Source: Moniliella sp. 'wahieum'
Lineage: Eukaryota
DNA length: 64,000 bases
Direction of reading: 5' to 3'
NCBI GenBank assembly: GCA_003971905.1
Contig: RSEE01000053.1
Coordinates: 248,001 to 312,000, forward strand
The notes under the pieces were generated by a model. That model did not search any database, was not told where the DNA came from, and was given only the letters and a program-made list of their open reading frames with translations. Of the stretch, positions 1-13,200 are shown one piece after another; position 1 is the stretch's first letter; every line of letters begins with the position of its first letter. The translations under genes and the position numbers were made by a program.

Positions 1-620
1 CTGACCCCCACAGGTACGTTTCGTTGGACGGATGCGCGAGAAGACGCATATTGGGTACTGTTACTGCCAGATACATGTGCACCACCGCCATGTACAGCAC
101 TGCCCACCCATCCCACCCAACCCAGCCGGCACAGTACAGCACAGCACAGTACAGCACAGAACGACGTCAGCACAAGCACAACACGGCCAGCGAGGATGAT
201 CCTGGCGGAAGGAAGGCATGCGCCGAGACTGCCTTCGTCAAAGTACATGGCCAACTCTGACCAACGATGGATCTTGGCCACCAGGGCGAGGATACCAATG
301 CCAGTCACGCCATGGAACAGGGCCTGTGCCGACTTGGGCCCTTGGTGGATGGACAGGTAGAACGCTTGAGCAGCACTCACCTTGTCCTCGGAAATTTGGC
401 CGCCGTAGAGCAGCGGAAAGTCGTAGATGGAGGCAATGAAGAGCAAATCTGGTTGCAGGCCATGGCAAAAAGAACAGAAGGGTCAGCTCGCCTGGGCACA
501 CGCAGGTGCACCAAAGGATCTATATGGACACGTGGGGCGATGAAAGTCGAATTCAAAAAGATAGGCATACCATAGAGGAAAGCGACTGCCGAAGAAGACG
601 AAAGCAGCGCCGAAGCCGAT
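1..620 (-). CDS. SHR3: Shr3-family ER membrane chaperone for amino-acid permeases (3' end runs off the window)
   Basis: Spliced minus-strand translation gives GFGAAF..AVAFLY / LLFIASIYDFPLLYGGQISEDKVSAAQAFYLSIHQGPKSAQALFHGVTGIGILALVAKIHRWSELAMYFDEGSL / VLYMAVVHMYLAVTVPN, matching the basidiomycete Shr3 pattern (ALLHG..G.G.L.L..KLH.W.E.A.FFDG.SL). Introns at about 570-449 and 223-100. The start codon is unclear (ATC at 620). Confidence 0.8.
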
Positions 621-1126
621 GCTTGGCAGAAGAGCGAGCTGGTGGGTGGTGGCTAGGAGGCTACTGAAGCAGCTTGAAGGAGAGAGGCAGGCCGTACGCC
701 AAGCTGGGCGCCACACTTGATCAGGGCTAGCGCGCTGCTTTTCACGTATATTGGGCGTGTGTGCGGCACGGGAGCCACGGACGGGCCCACAGCGGAACTG
801 AGGTGGACGCGCCGGCCTGGCTGGAAGCGATGAACCAGTTCAATAGGCATCACGTGATGCGTGGCAGCAGAGCCGCCCAGGACCCGAGCCAGTCGGCGGG
901 CGGAAATGGGAGGCACGCCAAATTCCTAGGTTGCGCACCGCCTGCACGTCGGTTGAGGCCAAGGTGACCACCACCCAATCCATCATGGCAGGGCATGGAT
1001 GGAGCGCATCCGGCGCCTTGCCCGAACGACCGCATATGGATGCTTTCGGTACGCCACCCTCCCATCCCCTTTGTGTTCTCTCTCCTCGGCTGACCATGTA
1101 CCTCGCCTTCTTCCCTCCCAGACCCC

Positions 1127-2727
1127 ATGGATGAGGATATACAGTACACGTACAGCGCCCAGACCGCCACCCGCGCCGCTCAGGCCGAAAAAGAGGCGCT
1201 GCGGTCGCTCGCCATCAAGAAACTCGCCCGCAACCTCGCGGTTCCGACCAACGACCGCGTGGTACGTCAACGCCTACGAGAGCACCATCAGCCAATGACT
1301 TTTGGCGAACGCGAACCCGACCGCCGCGAGCGTCTGCGTGCTTACTTGGCAGAGAAGGAGATGCGCTCTCGTGAGGCCAGGGCGGCCGCCGGGGAGACGG
1401 TGGATTTTAATGCTCCAATGGAGGGAGGGAACGGGTCAGATGTGGACCACATGTCGGACGACGAGGACCAAGAGGAGGAATTTTATACCGAGCCGGCCGA
1501 TATGGAAGCTGTCCTTGCCGCCCGGAAACGGACTGCAATCTTCTCTCTTCAGCGGGCACGCAGACGGGTGGAGAGGGAGCGGAAACTGGCCAAGTTGCGG
1601 CTGCAAGACATTGCTCTCAAACGGCGCGATACGTTTGCAGCGCTAGAGCCGAGTCATCTGTCCCTATTGGGTAGCCAGCTGGGCGATGACCGCGCGGTTA
1701 GTATGGCCCGCTTCAGTCCCGACGGCCAACATTTGCTGACCACCTCCTGGAGTGGCGGGGTTAAACTGTGGGATGTGCCCCGAATGAGTCCTGCGCCCTT
1801 TCCTGCCCGCCCGCAAGGTGGGACAGGAGTGTACCGTGGCCACTCGAACCGTGTATCGGGTGCAGCTTGGCACCCGGGTGCAACTCGCTGGCTGCCACGC
1901 ACCGCAGCCAACATTGCGACTGGTTGTGCCGATGGATCGGTAGGCTTGTGGTCTCTCGAGTCGCCGGCACCACTAGGGCGTATGATGGGCCACCAGGGGC
2001 GGGTGGCTCGCGTCGCCTTCCATCCCCAAGGTCTGCTGCTCGCATCGGCTGGGTTTGATCATACATGGCGTTTGTGGGACCCAGTTGTGCAAAAGGAACT
2101 GTACACCCAAGAGGGGCACTCGGGAGAGGTGTATACGGTCGAGTTCCAAGATGACGGCGCGTTGGTTGCCAGTGGTGGTCTGGATGGCCTAGTTCGCATC
2201 TGGGACGTGCGTACCGGGCGATCAGCGATGATTTTGTCGGGCCATGCATCGAGTGTGTTGGCGGTCGACTTTGCTCCGAATGGCTGGCAGGCCGCCACTG
2301 GGGGCGACGACGACACGGTTCGGATTTGGGACTTGCGTGCGCTGGGCACCACGTACACCATCCCTGCTCATACATCGACCGTGTCGGATCTGCGCTTCTA
2401 CCGCTCCCGCCCCCCCAACCCGGATGCACACCAGGCCTGGCTAGAGTACCAGGCTAGTTTGGGGGCGGATACGGCCGAGATGATGGACACCAGTCTGGAC
2501 ACCTTGGACACCGACGACGGTACCCAACTCCCATCCGACGGTCTCTTTTTGGCCACATCCGGATACGATGGGATGGTCCGTCTCTGGTCTGCAGACGACT
2601 GGCAGCTTCAGCGCGAGCTCCGTACAGGCGGGACAACAAAATCATGAGCGTTGACATTTCCCCCAACCAAGAGCACGTTGCGGCTGTGGGCTTTGATCGG
2701 ACAATCAAAATCTGGGGGCAACTCTAA
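1127..2727 (+). CDS. PRP4: U4/U6 snRNP protein Prp4 (PRP4 domain plus WD40 repeats)
   Basis: ORF 1127-2647 has AVPTNDRVVRQRLREHHQPMTFGEREPDRRERLR (PRP4 motif) and several GH..WD repeats. A frameshift near 2635 continues as DNKIMSVDISPNQEHVAAVGFDRTIKIWGQL* to 2727. Confidence 0.93.
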
Positions 2728-3476
2728 TATACTATCTAATACCCATCTTCCTTGTGGCCCTACCCAAGATGGCTATCTGGATGTAGCTTTCTGGTTCATT
2801 CCGTGTTGCATGCTTCTGTTGGTTGCCGGTAGACGATGTGCTACCCATACGCGGTAGTCAACAACCACCGCGCGGTGCTAGCTTGTAACATGTAAGCCCC
2901 CTTGAGCCGCCAAATGCATGCATGATTGCTGCACGGGTGAATATATACTGTTCCTCGTCTGGGACAGGTTGAACGTTGATACACCCTCATAACGAAGCTG
3001 GAATTGTTCATCCACCTTCACCGTAGAGGCGTGTCTTGAGAAACTATCCGACTAGAGTGTAAGCGACTGGAGAGCATGCGCTCACACAAATACTCAATGA
3101 AGTACCACCTAAAAAGACACAGGAGATGGCATTTGCAAGTGACAGGAGCCCAGATTTTAACACACGCATGCCTTTGCATAGGCTGTGAAGGGGTAATATC
3201 GGTTTCACCTCAAAGCACTGATCAAGTAAAGTGTGACGAGCGAGAGCCAAGTGCTCCGCGTATTTTGTTCCGCCTGAGCGTTGCATGGCTCAGCCAGGAT
3301 GACCCATAGGGTAGATGTTGTGATTGTGCAAGAATGAGCCTCGTAGGACGAAGGGGGTGCGAAAAGGTAATCTCCCCCTCCAATTGAGTTAAAGGGAGGA
3401 GGGGGAAGCCGGTCCAGTCCGAGAAGGACAGCCATGGCAGGGAAAAGACAATCAGTGTGCGACTGCCACAGTGCCC

Positions 3477-5372
3477 TCACTGGTTAGGAATGCTGGCGGT
3501 AGAAGTTGTGTCGGCATCCTCCTCTCGCTGGAGGCGGATGGCCTCAAGAACGTCCTCGGCCTCCAAGTCGGCCATCTGGAGCGTGCTGGCCACGGCCAAG
3601 GTGCCGAGGACAACAAAGATGGGCCATATGAGGTAGCTGAAGCCCATCTCGATGGACCACGCAAAGAGGCAGGTCGACCCATACGGTCCGATTGCGGGTC
3701 AAAGAAGAAGACGCTTGGGCCAACCCGTTGAGCGTGCCCAATTTTTCACCCGAGAGAAATACCACCGATTGGTTCACAAGCAAGTTGTTGGCCGAGAAGC
3801 TCATGCTTGCCGAAACTCGGAATACGTTGCTGAGGATGATTACGGCCCATACCATCGCGCACGGGCACGAGGGGGAAGAAGGTCGTTGATCGTCTTGTCC
3901 GTCTCGTCTATACCGGGCGGAAGGGCGGCTTGGGCAACCATGGTGGCAAAGGGAAGCACTGCTGCAGTCAGGGGCCAGCAAGCCAGGCTGAGCCGATACA
4001 GTCTCAATGTGCCCATCCGGCTCTGTAGCTCAGTAAAGACGTATGATTGGAACAGTACAGCCACCACCCAAAGATGGCAAGGACACGGCCGGTCTGACTA
4101 CTGCTGAGAGCCAGACCACCGTCCGAAATAGGAGTAAAGAACCAAGCACATAAACAGCATCAAGAGAAACCGAACATAAAGCCAGGAGCCCGTACGACAC
4201 TAGGACGTTTTGGATGTGAGGGATGGTCATCATCTCCCAGATGCTTGTCTCAGGGGGGTTCCTCTTGGTCCACTTCTTGGGGACCCGAGATGGCTTGGTA
4301 GGAGGCGTTGGGTTGAGCCAACAAGGCTTGCTCATCTGAGGGTCGGTGACGTGACGCCGGTAGCTCGGGCCTCAGCCTCAGCCTCGGCAGCCAGGACGAT
4401 GCTGGGGAGCGTCTCTTCGAGGAAGAAAATTCCGAGAAGAATGCCTGTCAGAACACATCCCGCAGCAACGACGCATGGCAAGAGGTAAGGATAGGCAAGC
4501 CAAAGACCGCCGAAAGAAAAGATTCCGTCCCTGCCGAAGAGTCCAGGAAACTGCTCTTCGGGATGCGCCAGGTATCCTAGGGAAGGATAAGGCGGTTAGC
4601 CTTCGCTAACACACATCTGCAGGAGATAAACGAACCTCCACACAAGCTTCCTAGCGAACATCCAATGGCCCAGGTGACTGGGAGAAGCGTGAATGCTTTT
4701 GCTCGGTTGGAAGGGTCGGTAATATCGCTAACCAGGCTCTTGACTACCGCCACGTTGCCGTTGAGCGCGCCGGCCAAGCAGGGCGAAAATGAGCTGAGAG
4801 AGAGAAGTCGAAGTCCCGAAGAGGATCTGGGACACAAACACGCCCGATAAGCCGAGAATCATGACGGGTTTGCGTCCCCACCGGTCCGATAAGCTAGCCC
4901 AGGGCAGGACCGTGAGGAGCTGGGTCAGAGCAAAGAGGCTCTCGATCATCCCGCCATAGAAGCCTACATGTATGCGTCAGTCAGAAAGAAGAGAGGAAAC
5001 GAAAGAGAGTGCGCAACCTACCCACATCGGCCGGGGATTTGGCCGCGCCAATCTCGAGGACAAAGCGGTTGACAAAGGGGAATACGACCGAGAAGCTGAT
5101 GGGTTCAGCGAGACGCATAATGACGACGATGCAGAGCTGGCGCAAGGGGAGGGGAGTGGCGGTCTTGCGCAGCTCGTTCTGAGCCTGAGCAGCTGCCTGG
5201 ATTTCGGCGTCGACGGCAAGCCATGACTCGTTCTGGGCGAGCGGGCGCCCAGGGCTGCCGCCGCACAGGCTCGACAACAGGGCTGCCGAGGGTGGAGCGG
5301 CGGCGGATGGCTGGCGTGGGATATGGACGAGCGGCGGCGCGGCGGCACATCAACACCCTCGAATGCCGACAT
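3477..5372 (-). CDS. MFS transporter (ZIFL/YCR023C-like drug:H+ antiporter type), multi-exon
   Basis: Fragments TPLPLRQLCIVVIMRLAEPISFSVVFPFVN, WASLSDRWGRKPVMILGL (MFS motif A), GALNGNVAVVKSLVSDITDPSNRAKAF, LGTLNGLAQ and final TM SYLIWPIFVVLGTLAVAS...SIPNQ* (stop at 3477). Several introns and indels. Confidence 0.85.
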
Positions 5373-7388
5373 GGCAAGGGTGAGTAGGTGGTAGCAAGAC
5401 AAGCAAGCAGTGGGGCCCAAAGGAAGAGCAGCAGGCGTTGCAACACTCGGACTTAGTCCTGCGCGCCCCACACCTCCGACTCATCTACGCGCACGCCTCA
5501 GCCTGCCTAGGCGGCTAGCCACTCGGCGCTCGGGGATACCTGGTGCCTGGAGCATGACGTTTTCGGGATGGATGATGCACATGTCAGCCGCTGGCTCCGG
5601 TACTAATCAAATGAATCACTAGTCATCGCAGTCATCCTGGCCTCCAAGAGGATCGGTGCAAGCCAAGCTTTCTGCAGCCCTCCCAGGACATACGGTGATG
5701 ATCCATGGTCCATGATGGCGTGCCCCATTCGCACCACGAGCATATGGCCAGCCAACGCGTTGTGGGGCTGCCACCCACACGCTTACCCAATCTCTCATGC
5801 CACTGGCCTCCCACAGGCTCCGTAAATCTCGACGTGGTGTGGGCAACCAGGAGGTCGTGCGAGAAAAGATCCATTGGGTGCGCGCCGCCAGCACGTTGGC
5901 CTCGACGCTCGTCCTAACCCACCCGTGCATTTTCGCAGCGGGCTTCCGGCTGCTTTGCTCACACAGGAGACAATACACAGACGCGTAAGGTCCCCAGCAG
6001 CAGTACAACATGGGAGGGTTTGAGGCTCCGAATTGAGATGCGGCTTCTGACACTGGCTTGCCGTTCCCGACGGAGACCGAACGGCTTGAATGGCAAGCCA
6101 AAACGCTTTCAGGAGACACGACAAAACAGCCGCTCTCGTCAAAGCCTTGGTGGTCGGGTTCAGCACTATCGTATGCAGTGTTCCTCTCTCCCGAACGTCT
6201 TCACTGGGTGTTACTGGGTGTTGGGAGGGCAAATAAGTGACCTCTGCCGTTCCTTCATTATGTAGTCAATCAGCCAAATTACTTGAAGTAATCCGGCCCC
6301 TTACCATGTCTGGCCTGCAAACGGATATCTCGAAGTCAACTAAAGCAGCGGGCCTTCTGCAGGTGCACAAAACGATCTGATGGAGGTGCGCGCCCACAGG
6401 TTTCTGTATATCCCAGTCACCAGGACACACCATCAAGTCTGCAAAACATCGTATGCGTATAGTCATTGCACCTGGGGGAACCACTGCCTCTCCTCTGGAT
6501 CTGATCCATCATCGCCGCAACCGAAGAACGCCCCCACCCGCATCTGCTGGTCTCGAATACTACCTGTGAAAACGAGACCTTCTTCCTCTCGCAGTTCCGG
6601 ACCGGTGACACCATATCGCCATCAGCGCCAGCAGCAGCCATTGCAGATTGAGGGTGACCGGTGACCGGTGAAATCCGAATGCACTGAGAGGTGCTTAAAG
6701 ACATGTTCCAGCCGCATGCGGCGCAATTTGACCAAGCGAAAGAAAGCAAGGGGGGCGCGCGCATAGCATACTCTTCCAGGTGACATGAACCTCTCAGATG
6801 GTCAAAAGGGGAGATACAGTCTGTAATAGTAATACTCATGGCAAACATGCGTATAACTGAGGAGGGGAGCCATATTCAGAAACTTTTGTCCATGTGGCTC
6901 TCCGCTGGGACAGCATGAGACATCGATAGCCATGGTACCTATTCTAATGATGTGGGCGCCTCAGACGATTGGAAGGTCGGGTTGTGCCCTGGTGTGGCAG
7001 GTGGGCACAGACGAAATGTCCGTGCGCCAGAAGAAAAGAAGATGTGTGCCCAGGGTGAATCTACGCCACGCCACAGTAGGGTACGAAGTGTGCCACATCA
7101 TGCATCGCTCGATCATGCATCATGCACCATTAGGACCTGGGGTTCAGTGCCTGCCACGCCAGCCAGCAGCCAGCAGCCAGCAGCCATGCTGTGGTCAGCT
7201 CTGGCCCCAAAAAATCCGCTCCTCGGGAAATTTTCCTTCTGCCCCGTCGGCGGCCATACCGCCAGTGTCCACAGTGCCTCAATAAGTCCGCAAGCCTCAG
7301 GCCCTCGGAGTTCTTAAAAGCGGATGCCACAATTTGCCAGGTTCCCAGATTCGCCGTCTCCCCACCATCACCTGCCCCTGCCTTTGCC

Positions 7389-8876
7389 ATGTCCCTTACG
7401 CCCGCTGAGTTCGTGAGTATCGCGCGCTCCCTCCTACCACCTGACGGCTCGCTTGGTGGGCATCCTGCCTAACCACCGCCTCTCCACAGAACAAAGTCCT
7501 CTACGCGCCCCTGGCGCAGGCCGACCCTGAGGTCGAGACCATCATCGAGAACGAGACCTGGCGCCAATTCTCGGGTCTGGAGCTGATTGCTTCGGAGAAC
7601 CTCACCTCTCTGGCTGTTATGGAGGCAAACGGCTCGATCTTGACCAACAAGTACTCTGAAGGTCTGCCTGGCGCCCGCTACTATGGTGGTAACGAGTTCA
7701 TTGACCAGCTCGAGAACCTGTGCCGTAAGCGTGCTTTGACGGCGTTTGCTCTCGATGCCAATGAGTGGGGCGTCAATGTGCAGCCCTACTCCGGCTCGAC
7801 GGCCAACTTCGCTACTTTCACTGCCCTCCTTGACCCGCAAGACCGGATCATGGGTCTCGGTCTGCCCGATGGTGGACACCTGACTCACGGCTACTACACG
7901 GCCAAGAAGAAGATTTCCGCCTCGTCGATCTACTTCCAGTCGTTCCCTTACCAGGTTGACCCCAAGACGGGCTACATTGATTACGACCGTCTGGCTACCA
8001 ACGCTGGCTTGTTCAAGCCTCGCATGATCATCTGCGGTGGCTCGGCGTACCCCCGCGAGTGGGACTACAAGCGCCTGTCGGAAATTGCCAAGGCCAACGG
8101 ATCGCTCCTCATGGCCGACATTGCCCACATCTCGGGCCTGGTGGCATCCAAGGTGCAGAACAACCCCTTTGAGTACTGTGACATTGTCACTACCACCACC
8201 CACAAGACGCTCCGTGGTCCTCGCGCCGGCATGATCTTTTTCAAGAAGACGGACCCTTCGGTGGAGGGCAAGATCAACGCTGCTGTCTTCCCTGCCTGCC
8301 AAGGTGGCCCGCACAACAACACGATTGCTGCGATTGCGGTCGCACTCAAGCAGGTTGCTTCGCCCGAGTTCAGGCGTACGCTGTGCAAGTGATCAAAAAC
8401 TCGCAGGCACTGGCCAAGAAGCTGTTCAGCTACGGCTACCGTCTTCAAACGGATGGCTCGGAGAACCACTTGGTCCTCTGGGACCTGCGTCCCCTTGGCC
8501 TGACCGGCAGTAAGATTGAGAAGATCTGTGACTTGGCTCACATTACACTCAACAAACGCTGTCTCGGGCGACACGTCGGCCATGGTGCCGGGTGGTGTGC
8601 GTATTGGCACATCGGCACTCACCTCGCGTAACATGGTCGAGTCCGACATGGAGAAGGTGGGTGAATTCCTCCCCGTGCTGTCGAGATTGCCGCTGTGCTT
8701 CAGAAGGGGCTGGCAACAAGCTTCTCAAGGACTTTGTCGCCAAGGCCACCACGGGCGAGGGCGAGGGCCGCAAGCTGATTGAGGCGCTGTCGGAGGACGT
8801 GCAGAAGTTTGCGACTGGGTTCCCCCTGCCCGGTGTGCCAGACACGTCGTCGATCAAGAAGCCTGCTGGCCACTAA
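7389..8876 (+). CDS. SHM2: Serine hydroxymethyltransferase
   Basis: MSLTPAEF / intron 7413-7489 / [64 protein letters not shown] (PLP lysine)..QGGPHNN..GVRIGT. Indels after about 8370. Confidence 0.95.
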
Positions 8877-10277
8877 GCCTAGTCTGCGCATCCCCCCGGT
8901 CATTCAACAGATGACGCCCCTCTTCTTCAACATGGGACCCTCCCTGTCCTCGAAAAAGAAAAGAAAAACCCCCACACAGCATACGACCCGCCTTTCTTTG
9001 TACTACCCCTCGAGTTTCAACCTCTTGTCTACTACTGTTCAACCACACCCTTGTGTTATAGCCACTACAATAATCTGTTTGCCCACTGCCTCGGATCGGT
9101 CAGGTCGTCTTGGCCGAGTTTTGCATTCTGCGTATAACACAGTGGAGTGACTAGCAGTAGTGATTGGGTATGACATCCTTGCGGCTAGCCGAGCGAGGTA
9201 GGGTTGCAGGAGACGGCGGAACGCACGGGGGGGCCGATGCATTGGTTTGGTTACGTTATTTCAACTTTCACGTCCCGGAAGTTGGAAGTGCTCCTTGTAA
9301 TTCCGCCGTGGAGGTTGGCGACGTGGTGTATAAAAACGCGGCCAGGAGCCGATTGGCTCTTTCCCTTTGACAGACCGCTCTCAGGGCGAGGGGGCCCAGG
9401 AAGGACTCCATCTGGGCATCTCGCTGCCGTGTTCTTGCTTGCAAGGCTTACTTGACGGCGCGAGCGCAGACCAACTCAAGGTGAAGCTGGGCAGTGGCTC
9501 GTCGGCACAGCTCTCGGACGAAGTCGCATATCAGCTTTTCCTACATGCTCTACTCGTTTTGTTCTCGCCTCACTGGTTACTGTCATGTATATTTGCAAAT
9601 TTGCCTCTGGGTCGATCATCGTAGCTGCCTTGTAGACCGACTTGGACCTGCGCGTCACGGTGCGGTGTAGACTCATGGCCGCTAGACCAGGACTGGCTAG
9701 GCTTGGCGACAAGTGCATCACCAGCGCCTGAGCGAAGCGAATAGCTACCCAAAGCGATGAGCTGCTTTGGTGGGGGACTGTAGGCGGTCTGCAAACAAGG
9801 GCGAGGGACGACGCGGCCGAGAGCGGATGGTGGACGCAGCATTGAGAGGCGGGCAGGGATGTGGATGGATGGGGGAGGCGTGGCCCATGGAGGAGAGCCG
9901 CTGCCTGAGGCGGGGAAGGAGGGGGAGGGGAAGAAGAGCGGGAAAATGAAATGTTGCAGGGGCGATAGGAACGCCAAGCGCGAGGCGCGCAAGGGCCCAG
10001 CAACGGCGCCTGCACGGGGCGCAGCAGGGGGGCAGTGTGGCGGCGGGCAGGCCGCCGAGGGACCCACGCAGGACGGGGCAGGCAGCTCCCTCCCAGTGCG
10101 TCGCCCCGAGGCCAGACGGCTGCCGACGGCCCAGCCTGAGCTGCCTGCTGGGCATCGCCGCCTGCCTCTGCGCCACCTCCAGGCTGCTGCCGCCGCCCCC
10201 GCCACGCCGCTCGCCCCCTCCGCCCCCTCCGCCCCCCCTCCACTCGTTCCGCACCCACTCGGCCCCGCCCGCTCGCC

Positions 10278-13200
10278 ATGCCTGCCCCCTCGCGCACCGC
10301 GGGCGCACCCGACAAGCGCACCGCCGCGTACGAAAACATCTTTGGCCGGCCCGCCGCCCCCGGCCACCCGCCCATGCCCCCGCACTCTGTCCGCCGCCCT
10401 GCTCCTGCCCCGCGCCCGCTCCCGGCCCTGGCCCACGCCCGCCGCTGGGCCCCCCCCTGCCGCCTCAGGCGCCCGGCATCTATGCGCCCTCGCCCCAAGC
10501 CCTCGGCCCACAGCGCCTCGCCAGCCTCGCGCACCACCCACCCCCAAGACCCCCGCCCGGATTCTACCCTGGCCGCCCCCCCCCCATGCTCCGCCCTTTC
10601 AGGCGCCGTACGACTTTGGCCCTCCCCCTCCCTTTCCCCCTGGCGCGCCCGGCTCCATGCCTGCCTCTTCCCCGCGTGGCTCCTACTCCAGCACAGCTGG
10701 CTATCCCAACTCCAGCTCCTCATCCAGTGCGGCTGGCATGAGCCCCGTCACGATGGCCACCTCCTACAGCGGCCGCTCGGCTGGCCCCCAGGCGCCTGGC
10801 TACTCGCGCCCTGGTGCGTTCCCTCACCCCGGCATGCCTACCAGCCCCTCATCCGTATCGAGCTTCTCTGGCGCCCCCTTCCATCCGCCCCGACCCCCAC
10901 CCTGGCTGATGGCCCTGACAGCCGCCACCAGGCCCTGACCGATGCTCTGGGCATTTCCCCTGGGCCCCAGCCGCCTTTGTCCGAGGCGGAGGATCTGGCG
11001 GATTTGGAAGATGCGTATGATGGCTTTTCGGTAGCCGAGCCCTCGCCAGCGCCACCTCAATTACCTAGTTCGCTTCTACCCGCTGCCGACCCTATGCTGC
11101 ACACACACTCGGCCGAGTCCACTCGGGCCCCAGATCGGCGCCCTTCCGCTCCTGCCTCGACAATCCCTTCGCCGCCTCCGCAGCTTTGCGTCGCAGGAGG
11201 ATGCGCGAGCCCAGATACAAGCTCAACGCATGGCTTTTGTCACATCACACCCCACCCCCCACGAGCTAGTGCTGGGCCCCAACGCTCAGACAGTCTGTCA
11301 AGTTTCTCGCCGCCTTCTCTCTACCGTGCGACCTCCTCCACCTCGTCTTCTCCTGTGACTCCGCATATCTCTGTTCCGGCGGGGTCCACGGCGTTGGATG
11401 TGGCCAGTCCATACGGCGGCAGCAGCCAGACGCATGACTGGGCTAATGCGCAGCCGCCCGAATGGCGCCAAACGCCTTGCATCCCGCTTCGCCGCGGCCG
11501 CAGAAGCAAGACCACTCTTCCGCTTTTCCCCAAGCCTCCCCGTACGCGTCACATGGACCTTCACCTCACATCTCCCCCCACCCCCAGGAGGTCGCTTTGC
11601 CGCACCAGGCCCCTTGGCCTGTGGACCGCCACGATTCGCAACCTTTATCGGTGGGGACGTCAAGGTCATCACGCGGGGACCTTCGTCAGCGCTCGGAATC
11701 ACTTGACACTCTGGCTTTCCATCAACAGATTCAAGCCAACCAATCTCACAGCTCTGACTCTTTCGTTGCTCGAGAGAGCACAAGCAGCGTGAACTACACC
11801 GGCCCCAGTCCCCAGGCCAGCCCAGAACACACGCTGCTTCGGCTGCACGAACCGGATACTGCCCAACTGTCTTCCCAGCAATTGCCGCTCAATCCTGCGT
11901 TGCTCAGCCGTATGGCGCGTGCGATGCAAGCTGGCATCCCAGTTCGCGAACGTACGAAAGATGGCTTGTCCTACAAGGACGCCTTTGATGGATCTGAGGC
12001 GGTGGATGTGTTGGTCCAACTATTGGGCCTCGGGAGCCCACGCTCGGACGAGACAGGCTCCGATACCAAGGCAAGCTCCCATCGGAACCTGGCCCTGCTC
12101 GTCGGGCGCAGTCTGGAACAAAATAAGTTTTTCCATCACGTCACGTACGACCGTCGACTGCGCGACTCGGCCACTGAGCTCTACCAATTCCGTGGCCGAA
12201 TGCCAGGTGGCGGGGGAAGGGACCATGCTGCCCGTCGACGGCTCCACCGTCTTGGTGGATTAGGGTTGGGTCCCATGACGGATGTGAACGTTCTTGCCAA
12301 TGTGGAGGATGCCGACTTGGCTAGTGGGTTCGATGATGCGGAACCCGGTACCGAGGGCATTGATGAGGAGACCGACTCGTTACTGGACGGAGATGATTCA
12401 GTGGCGGTATCGGGTGTCTTTACTCCTCTTACCAAGTGTTACTCTTCTACCTGCACGGACGAACATCTCTGTTACTCTCTCTCTTGCCCTCGACGCATGG
12501 CTCAGCATGTTCGGCTTGCGCAGCGCCAGCGTTTGCGCCAACGGGATCATCATCATCTTACCCAACACGAGAAGGACGAGGCGGCGGCTGCTCAAGCCGA
12601 AGCTGGAGCAGATGGTGCCTTGGTGTGCGCGGCGGGCGCACTGGCCCTGAGCCAATCAGGGGGCGCATTGCCGGGCGTACAAGACAACCAGGACGGCGAC
12701 GAAGATGACGATGCTCGTCGCTCCACCCCCGGCGCCTTGTGGGCGGATAAGGTGAGTAAAGAAGTGCTGGAAAGCGTCGACAGCAGGGAACGCAAGCGGC
12801 AAGAACTGATCAACGAAGTAGTCAACACGGAGGCCGACTTTGTCCATGACTTGGAATACTTACGAGATCGTTGGATGAACCCACTGCGCAACACCCCGGG
12901 CGTAATTGAACCCGAAGACAGGCGCGCCGAATTTGTCCGTCAAGTGTTTTGGAACGCAGAGGAAATTCTTTCTGTCAACAAGCCCCTTTCGGATGCTCTG
13001 ATTCGCCGGCAAAAGCAAGAGGATGTGGTCAAGCAGATCGGCGATGTCTTCTTGAGTCGTGTTCCCCTCTTTGCACCCTTTGTCCGCTATGGCGCGCACC
13101 AGCTGTACGGCAAGTACGAGTTTGAAAAGGAGAAGGCTGAAAATCCCAAGTTTGTTGCATTTGTAGATGTGCGTATCCGGCTCTCTGGTTGGCTTTGGGA

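Noticed and set aside
5600..7000. Several 100-170 aa ORFs between the MFS gene and SHMT
   Set aside because: No recognisable motifs or consistent coding frame; left unannotated.
7469..8314. 281-aa antisense ORF
   Set aside because: It is an antisense shadow of the codon-biased SHMT gene.
9476..10938. Long ORFs on both strands (415, 325 and 359 aa) around the ROM2 5' end
   Set aside because: Extreme GC content suppresses stop codons; these are shadows of the Pro-rich ROM2 N-terminus and its promoter.
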